Translations under genes and position numbers: made by a program | Shown here: piece after piece, positions 24,978-29,640 of the stretch | Layout: each line of letters begins with the position of its first letter | Numbering within the stretch: position 1 is the first letter of the stretch | Notes under the pieces: model-generated | The model's input: only the letters and a program-made list of their open reading frames with translations | Databases searched by the model: none | What the model was told of the DNA's origin: nothing | Virus record (IMG/VR): IMGVR_UViG_2922401287_000005 | Span: 1 to 29,640 of that record | Direction: 5' to 3' (one strand) | Source: a virus | DNA: 29,640 nt

Positions 24978-25850
24978 TCAGCTGATGGCGTTGGTGACGA
25001 GAGGATTGTCGGGGTGGGTGATCGAGACCTGCGTCGAGGTGATCTCGTAGCCGTCGAACAGCTCGACGGTGGCGTATTCGACATCGAACACGAGGTCGCG
25101 CCGGTAGATCGCCTGCGTCTGCATCTCGTCGATGTTGGTGGTGCGGTTGTAGATCACGAGCGCCTGCGACGAGTCGGGCATCGTGATCTTGTTGGCCTTC
25201 TTCAGCGCAACGTCGATTGCCTTGCCGAGCGTGCCGCGGATGGCACTCGACGGCGCCCAGACGGTGGTCATGATCGACTGGCGTTGGCGATGCAGCACCT
25301 TGCCGAGCACGCCCTTGCCGCCTTGCCGGGCGACGATGGAGTGGGTGCCCGGGATCGTCAGCGTCGTCGCCGTGCTCGCGACTTGCGGATAATCAGTCTG
25401 AGCCTGAGATGCCAGCGCGGCCAGGAGCTCCGCAATCGTGCTGCCAGATGCAGAATAGACATGAGCATCATCGGCGATCACCGTGAGGTATTCGGCCGCG
25501 ACCGGCTGTCCCGACACCGTGATGACGTTGTCGGCGAGCGTGAAGGTCATGCCGTGGGTCGGTCGCGACACCACATAGGTCTCGTCGAGGATCTGATAGA
25601 CCGTGGCGCCCTGCCCCTGCATCGGGAAGATCGAGACGCTGGCGACCGGGCCACCCGGACGCGCGACCACCTGCTTTGAGGCGTCGAGCATCTTGCCCGC
25701 CATGTCGAGGTCGAGCTGGTCGGGCGTCGGCCAGCCCTCGAAGATACGGATGTCCATCGCAGCGATCGACGGCTGCGCGGTGCCGCCCGGATAGACCGCG
25801 GCGAACGCGGTCTGGGCGAAGTAGGCCGTGACGTCGGTAATATCGGCCAC
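24978..25850 (-). CDS. Tail completion/terminator-like protein
   Basis: IRIFEGWP...RQRQSIMTTVWAP...IYRRDLVFDVEYAT; located between head closure and sheath. Confidence 0.65.
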   Translation of the reverse strand: MADITDVTAYFAQTAFAAVYPGGTAQPSIAAMDIRIFEGWPTPDQLDLDMAGKMLDASKQVVARPGGPVASVSIFPMQGQGATVYQILDETYVVSRPTHGMTFTLADNVITVSGQPVAAEYLTVIADDAHVYSASGSTIAELLAALASQAQTDYPQVASTATTLTIPGTHSIVARQGGKGVLGKVLHRQRQSIMTTVWAPSSAIRGTLGKAIDVALKKANKITMPDSSQALVIYNRTTNIDEMQTQAIYRRDLVFDVEYATVELFDGYEITSTQVSITHPDNPLVTNAIS

Positions 25851-26234
25851 TCACGCCTCCAGACGGATGCACATCAGTTTGTATCCGAGGACGTTCCAGT
25901 AGGCCTGGCCGACCTCGTAGCGGTACTGCAGGTCGTCGACGATGATGTCGCGATCGCGCACCGCGCCCTTCGCGAGCGCGGTCACCGGGACGTAGATGTC
26001 CCACGTCGGGTTCGAGACGACGTCTTGCGGCAAGCCGCTGTCGCGCTTGCGCCCTGCTGCCCCTGCCTGAATGCTGGCAGGGATGTTGGTGAACAGCACC
26101 GCCTCGCCGCGCGGGTTGTTGGCATCGGTCGAGGCCTCGGCGCCGGAATAGCCGGTCAATCCGATGGCGTCGCTGGCGCCGGCGACGGTCTTGATGCGGC
26201 GGATTTCAATCCTGCTGACGTAGATCACGGCCAC
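25851..26234 (-). CDS. Head closure / head-tail joining protein (start GTG 26234 or 26228)
   Basis: PASIQ...WDIYVP...VRDRDIIVDDLQYRYEV...YWN.LGYKL; follows the connector. Confidence 0.7.
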   Translation of the reverse strand: MAVIYVSRIEIRRIKTVAGASDAIGLTGYSGAEASTDANNPRGEAVLFTNIPASIQAGAAGRKRDSGLPQDVVSNPTWDIYVPVTALAKGAVRDRDIIVDDLQYRYEVGQAYWNVLGYKLMCIRLEA

Positions 26235-27124
26235 ACCCCCTGCGAAGGCGTGGTGCGCTTGTAGCTGGAGAGCGTACCCAGCACGGTGACCGGGATTTGC
26301 GGATCGTCCTGCGCCATCTTGCTCGTCGTGCTCGAGCCGGGATTGGCGAACTCATACTGAGTGTCGCCCGCGCGCACCGAGGTGACGTTGGTCGGGATCG
26401 CGGTCATCTGCTTCTGCAGATAGAGGTCCTTGATCCAGTTGAGGCAGGCCTGCACGATGTCGTCAGGGACCGTCGCGTAGCCCGAATTGTAGACCAGCGT
26501 GACGTTCTGGAAGCCGCGCGTGAAGCGATAGCCCTTCACCGCCACCGCGTAGGCGTTGGCGCTATAGCCCGGATTGAACGAGCCGTTGGCGCTGACGGGG
26601 ATGACATGGCCGTCGATGGTGACCGACGACACGGAGTTCAGCGGCAGGTCAGGCACGAACAGCAACCGCGTCCCCTCGCCGTCGAAGGTCCGGGTGTAAT
26701 CGGCCTTCGCCAGCGAGTAACCGAGGTAGTTGGTGACTTGTCCGGAGATGCCGGAGATGATCCGCTGCACGGCGCAGTCGGGGTCGGAGGTCAATCCGAG
26801 CCAGTCGAGCGCGCGCGACAGCGGCACGAGGTCACCGGCCTTGGGACCAGTCCCCATCGGCAGCACCACGCGCTCGCAGAGCGTGTTGCCCGCAGCCGTC
26901 GTGACGATGTTCTGGAGGATGTAGTTGGCATCCTCCGTGCCGCCGGCGAGCGTGATCTGGGTGCGCGTGGTCGTGAACGTATTGGAGACGATCTGCAGCT
27001 GGCTGTCGCCGCTGATGATCGACCACGTCGAGCCCACGACTGTGTCGGTCCCGAGCTGCCCCGTCCAGTCAATGTCGAACGGTTCCTGATCGACCGGCCA
27101 TTTCGCGCCGCCCCACACCAGCAT
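26225..27124 (-). CDS. Head-tail connector (gp6-like) with an N-terminal fibre-adaptor-like domain
   Basis: DLVPLSRALDWLG...PL.SVSSVTIDG...NVTLVYNSGYATVPDDIVQAC...LSSYKR; ~93-aa beta-rich N-terminal extension. Confidence 0.75.
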   Translation of the reverse strand: MLVWGGAKWPVDQEPFDIDWTGQLGTDTVVGSTWSIISGDSQLQIVSNTFTTTRTQITLAGGTEDANYILQNIVTTAAGNTLCERVVLPMGTGPKAGDLVPLSRALDWLGLTSDPDCAVQRIISGISGQVTNYLGYSLAKADYTRTFDGEGTRLLFVPDLPLNSVSSVTIDGHVIPVSANGSFNPGYSANAYAVAVKGYRFTRGFQNVTLVYNSGYATVPDDIVQACLNWIKDLYLQKQMTAIPTNVTSVRAGDTQYEFANPGSSTTSKMAQDDPQIPVTVLGTLSSYKRTTPSQGVWP

Positions 27125-27142
27125 GTCGGATCGTCCTTTGTC

Positions 27143-28600
27143 TTACGTTTTGGGTGGAACGGACACCGTGCGGCTGGGCGCAGCCACGGTGGCAACTTGC
27201 GAGCCGGCGACTGCCGTCGCGACGCGATTGCTTGTGCCGACGGAGACGGCGCTTGTTGCGGGAGGGGCGACTGCAGCGCCCGGACCAGCGGGTGCAACAG
27301 CAGGCCCCGGCCCGGTGGGCGCGACAGCGGGGCTCGGCCCGGCGGCGGTGGCCGCCGAGGTGGACTGCGCCGGGCTACGCGCAACCCTCGTCGATGGTAT
27401 GAACAGGCTGGGCAAAGCGCGCCCGAACGACTTGACGAAGCTCGAGGCGGCCAGAAGGTGCAGCGTGCGGAACGCCACGCCGCCGGCCGCGCGACCGACG
27501 CCGCTCGCAAGGAGCGACACAGATCCACGGATCGCGGCGGAGCCTGCGCCCGACGCAAGGCCGCGCGCATGCAGCGCGGCGCTGCCGACCGGCTTGGCGA
27601 TGCCGTGAGCGACGGCCTGGCCGCGTGCAGCGAGCCGCATGCCGAGCCCGAAGCTCGCCTTGCCGGTCGCCTTGATGGCGCCGCGCACCGAGAGCGGCAG
27701 CGTAGCGGTGAGGCCGGCGCGCCCGATCGAGCGCGCGACGCCAACCGCCTGCATGAACAGGCTTAGCTTGATGGTGGACTGCCCGGAGGCTGCAGCGCGG
27801 CCGGAGGCGGTCAGCGAAGTAGTGCCCGCCATGGATCCCCGGCCCGTCGCCTTGGCGATGCCCCGGGCGAACAGCGCGACCGCCTCGGATGAGGACAATC
27901 GACCGAATGACCGTGCGGCGCCCTGCGCGAACAGAAGCGCCCTGCCGGTGAACCCGACGCTGCCCTTGGCAACGGAAAGTCCCCTGCCCGTGAGCCGCGC
28001 GCTGAACGACGCAGCCGCCACACTGAGCAACGCCGACTTGGTCGCAGCGCCGAGATTGGCGACCGCGCCAAGCGCGCTAAACCCGTGCGCAGCCGCCTTG
28101 CCGCTGGCCGTGATGCGCGCGACAAAACCGGCGGCAGTTCGACCGCTCGATTTTGCCGCGCTCCTGCCTGACAGGCTGGCGGCGCCTGCGACGCCGCCGG
28201 CGCCGAACGATGCTGCCTTGGTCGCGCCACGCAGTTGCGTGGTCCCTGCCGGGGCTGCGCGACCGGATGACACTGCCCGAGTCGCGCCTCGCAGCGGCGT
28301 GGAGCCGGCGAAGGTGATGCGGCCGAACGACGACGCCTTCGACAAGGCCCCCAGCTGGGTACTTCCGCCAGAGGTGGCCTTGCCGAATGCCCTGCCCGCA
28401 GTCGCAGCCGCGAGCGAGGCGCGCCCCGAAGGCGCGGCCTTGCCGAACGAGACCGAGATCGACGTCGCTCGAAGCGAGGTGCGGCCCGCGAATGCGACAC
28501 GCCCGAAGGTCCTTGCGGTGCCCTTTGCCTGCAGCGCGCGCGGGGTGGACCACCCGCCGAGAGCCTGCCGGCCGATTGCGTCAAAGCCGAGTAGAGACAT
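27143..28600 (-). CDS. Basic Ala/Gly/Ser-rich repeat protein, putative head/neck fibre (485 aa)
   Basis: SD AGAGG; 19 tandem 20-aa repeats; only one Asp and one Glu. Confidence 0.7.
   Translation of the reverse strand: MSLLGFDAIGRQALGGWSTPRALQAKGTARTFGRVAFAGRTSLRATSISVSFGKAAPSGRASLAAATAGRAFGKATSGGSTQLGALSKASSFGRITFAGSTPLRGATRAVSSGRAAPAGTTQLRGATKAASFGAGGVAGAASLSGRSAAKSSGRTAAGFVARITASGKAAAHGFSALGAVANLGAATKSALLSVAAASFSARLTGRGLSVAKGSVGFTGRALLFAQGAARSFGRLSSSEAVALFARGIAKATGRGSMAGTTSLTASGRAAASGQSTIKLSLFMQAVGVARSIGRAGLTATLPLSVRGAIKATGKASFGLGMRLAARGQAVAHGIAKPVGSAALHARGLASGAGSAAIRGSVSLLASGVGRAAGGVAFRTLHLLAASSFVKSFGRALPSLFIPSTRVARSPAQSTSAATAAGPSPAVAPTGPGPAVAPAGPGAAVAPPATSAVSVGTSNRVATAVAGSQVATVAAPSRTVSVPPKT
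27395..28534 (-). repeat. 19 x 60-bp (20-aa) degenerate tandem repeat
   Basis: Units such as LRATSISVSFGKAAPSGRAS and LRGATRAVSSGRAAPAGTTQ; L/I/M at position 1, G at position 11 in 18 of 19 units, no indels. Confidence 0.85.
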
Positions 28601-28622
28601 GCCTCTGACGCTTCCTCGCCGG

Positions 28623-29640
28623 CTATAGCTCCGCGGTTAGCAGGAGGTTGACGTTCGGCGATACGAACAGGTTGCCGTTGTCGCCTTGGCTACCGCTGTA
28701 GGCGGCAGTGCTGGAGAACCGCAGCAGGCCGCCGCGCGCAGACCCGCCAGAGAGCGATACCGAGATCGTGCCGGCGTTGGTCAGGAACCCGGGAACGTTG
28801 TTGTCGAAGAACGCCACGACGTTGCCGGAGGTCGGGTTCGACGCCTGCCACGTCGGCGTCGTTCCGACAAAGCCAAACGGCGGTATCCGCATCGGCAGCG
28901 GCAGCGATACCGGGATGTCGATGGTCGTGGATGACGTCCTTGCGCCAAGAGAAGGAAGGACGATCGAGGTTCCCAGCCCCACCTGTCCCTGCGCAACCGG
29001 GTACAGGTAGCGATAGGCGAGCATCAACTCGTCGGACGGATCGCGAAAGAAGATCGGCGGCGGGAAGCTCGTCAAGCCAGCAGGAAACGACGGGGTCGGT
29101 TGGAGATCGACCTCGGTGATGGCGATGGTCTTGGTGTTGGCGTTGAGCGCGCCGAAATCGAACCAGACCTCATAACCGTTCTTGGCATTCAGGGAGACCA
29201 AGAAGGTGAGCGCCACACGGACTACACCGTTGTTCGGGATGCTCTGAAACGAGACCGCGTTGAGATCGTTGGTCGCAGTCGTCCAGTTGTCGACGGCGTT
29301 GGGGAACGCGGCGCCGGCGGTCGGCGTGATCGTGGCGCCGCTGTTGTTGGTGATGAGCGCCTGCAGGGTGCAGCGTCGACCGGCGAGCTTGGCGGCCTTG
29401 TTCGACTCGATGCGCTGCATGAGCTGCACATCGGTGTTGCTGGTCGCGCCGGTGATCTGCGCGGCCCATTGCGAGTTTCCAGTAGCGAAAACCTGGGCAA
29501 TCGTGCAGGCGGCACCGACCGAATCCAGCATCCAGCCGTCCGGACCATACTGGAACGTTCCGGTGGCGGTGTTGGTGAACGACGTGCCGCGCTGCCAGAT
29601 GTCGAAGCAGCCGTTGCGCAGCGCGTTGGTGTCGCCCCTC
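28623..29640 (-). CDS. Fibre protein with a carbohydrate-binding-like domain (5' end outside the window)
   Basis: Frame open to the window edge: NALRNGCFDIWQRG...YGPDGW...QRIES...LAGRRCTL...ITEVDL...EL.LAYRY...LPLPMRIPP...LTAEL. Confidence 0.75.
   Translation of the reverse strand, partial: RGDTNALRNGCFDIWQRGTSFTNTATGTFQYGPDGWMLDSVGAACTIAQVFATGNSQWAAQITGATSNTDVQLMQRIESNKAAKLAGRRCTLQALITNNSGATITPTAGAAFPNAVDNWTTATNDLNAVSFQSIPNNGVVRVALTFLVSLNAKNGYEVWFDFGALNANTKTIAITEVDLQPTPSFPAGLTSFPPPIFFRDPSDELMLAYRYLYPVAQGQVGLGTSIVLPSLGARTSSTTIDIPVSLPLPMRIPPFGFVGTTPTWQASNPTSGNVVAFFDNNVPGFLTNAGTISVSLSGGSARGGLLRFSSTAAYSGSQGDNGNLFVSPNVNLLLTAEL

Larger units (their letters stand above)
1..29640 (-). mobile_element. 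Prophage (contractile-tail myovirus type): tail, baseplate, lysis and distal accessory end; boundaries not visible
   Basis: Contiguous, tightly packed minus-strand genes 3511-29640 in the order neck - sheath - tube - chaperone - tape measure - baseplate - fibres - lysis. Including 1-3450 in the prophage is an inference; no att site was identified. Confidence 0.9.

Noticed and set aside
27395-28534. Possible CRISPR or non-coding repeat array
   Set aside because: The periodicity is at protein level (60 bp, degenerate codons), with no identical repeats or unique spacers.

Overview
High-GC alphaproteobacterial DNA, probably Bradyrhizobium-like judging from the ISRj2-like IS3 element and the gene set (inference). 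The window holds the distal, late half of a contractile-tail (myovirus-type) prophage on the minus strand. Reading from 29640 downwards: a partial carbohydrate-binding fibre; a 485-aa very basic protein with 19 gap-free 20-aa repeats; an adaptor/head-tail connector fusion; head closure; tail completion; sheath; tube; a tail assembly chaperone with a -1 slippery site; a stand-alone SLT + M15-type peptidoglycan hydrolase; a gp10/gpG-like gene; tape measure; baseplate genes (U/X/hub/spike/wedge/J/I); two tail fibres. The lysis cassette follows: a lysozyme-PGBD-transmembrane endolysin, overlapped spanins, a single-TM coiled-coil protein and, unexpectedly, a ParA/MinD-type ATPase just before the terminator. 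A membrane-anchored T5orf172/GIY-YIG gene is inserted antisense in the tail operon. The accessory end (1-3450) has hicAB (hicA has ACG where an ATG is expected, next to an 18-bp palindromic operator), a frameshifted small gene, and an adenylation-domain-only ATP-dependent ligase split by a 1364-bp IS3 element with a CTGC target duplication. No capsid, terminase, integrase or att site is visible. All protein calls come from motif recognition by eye and from synteny; no searches were run.
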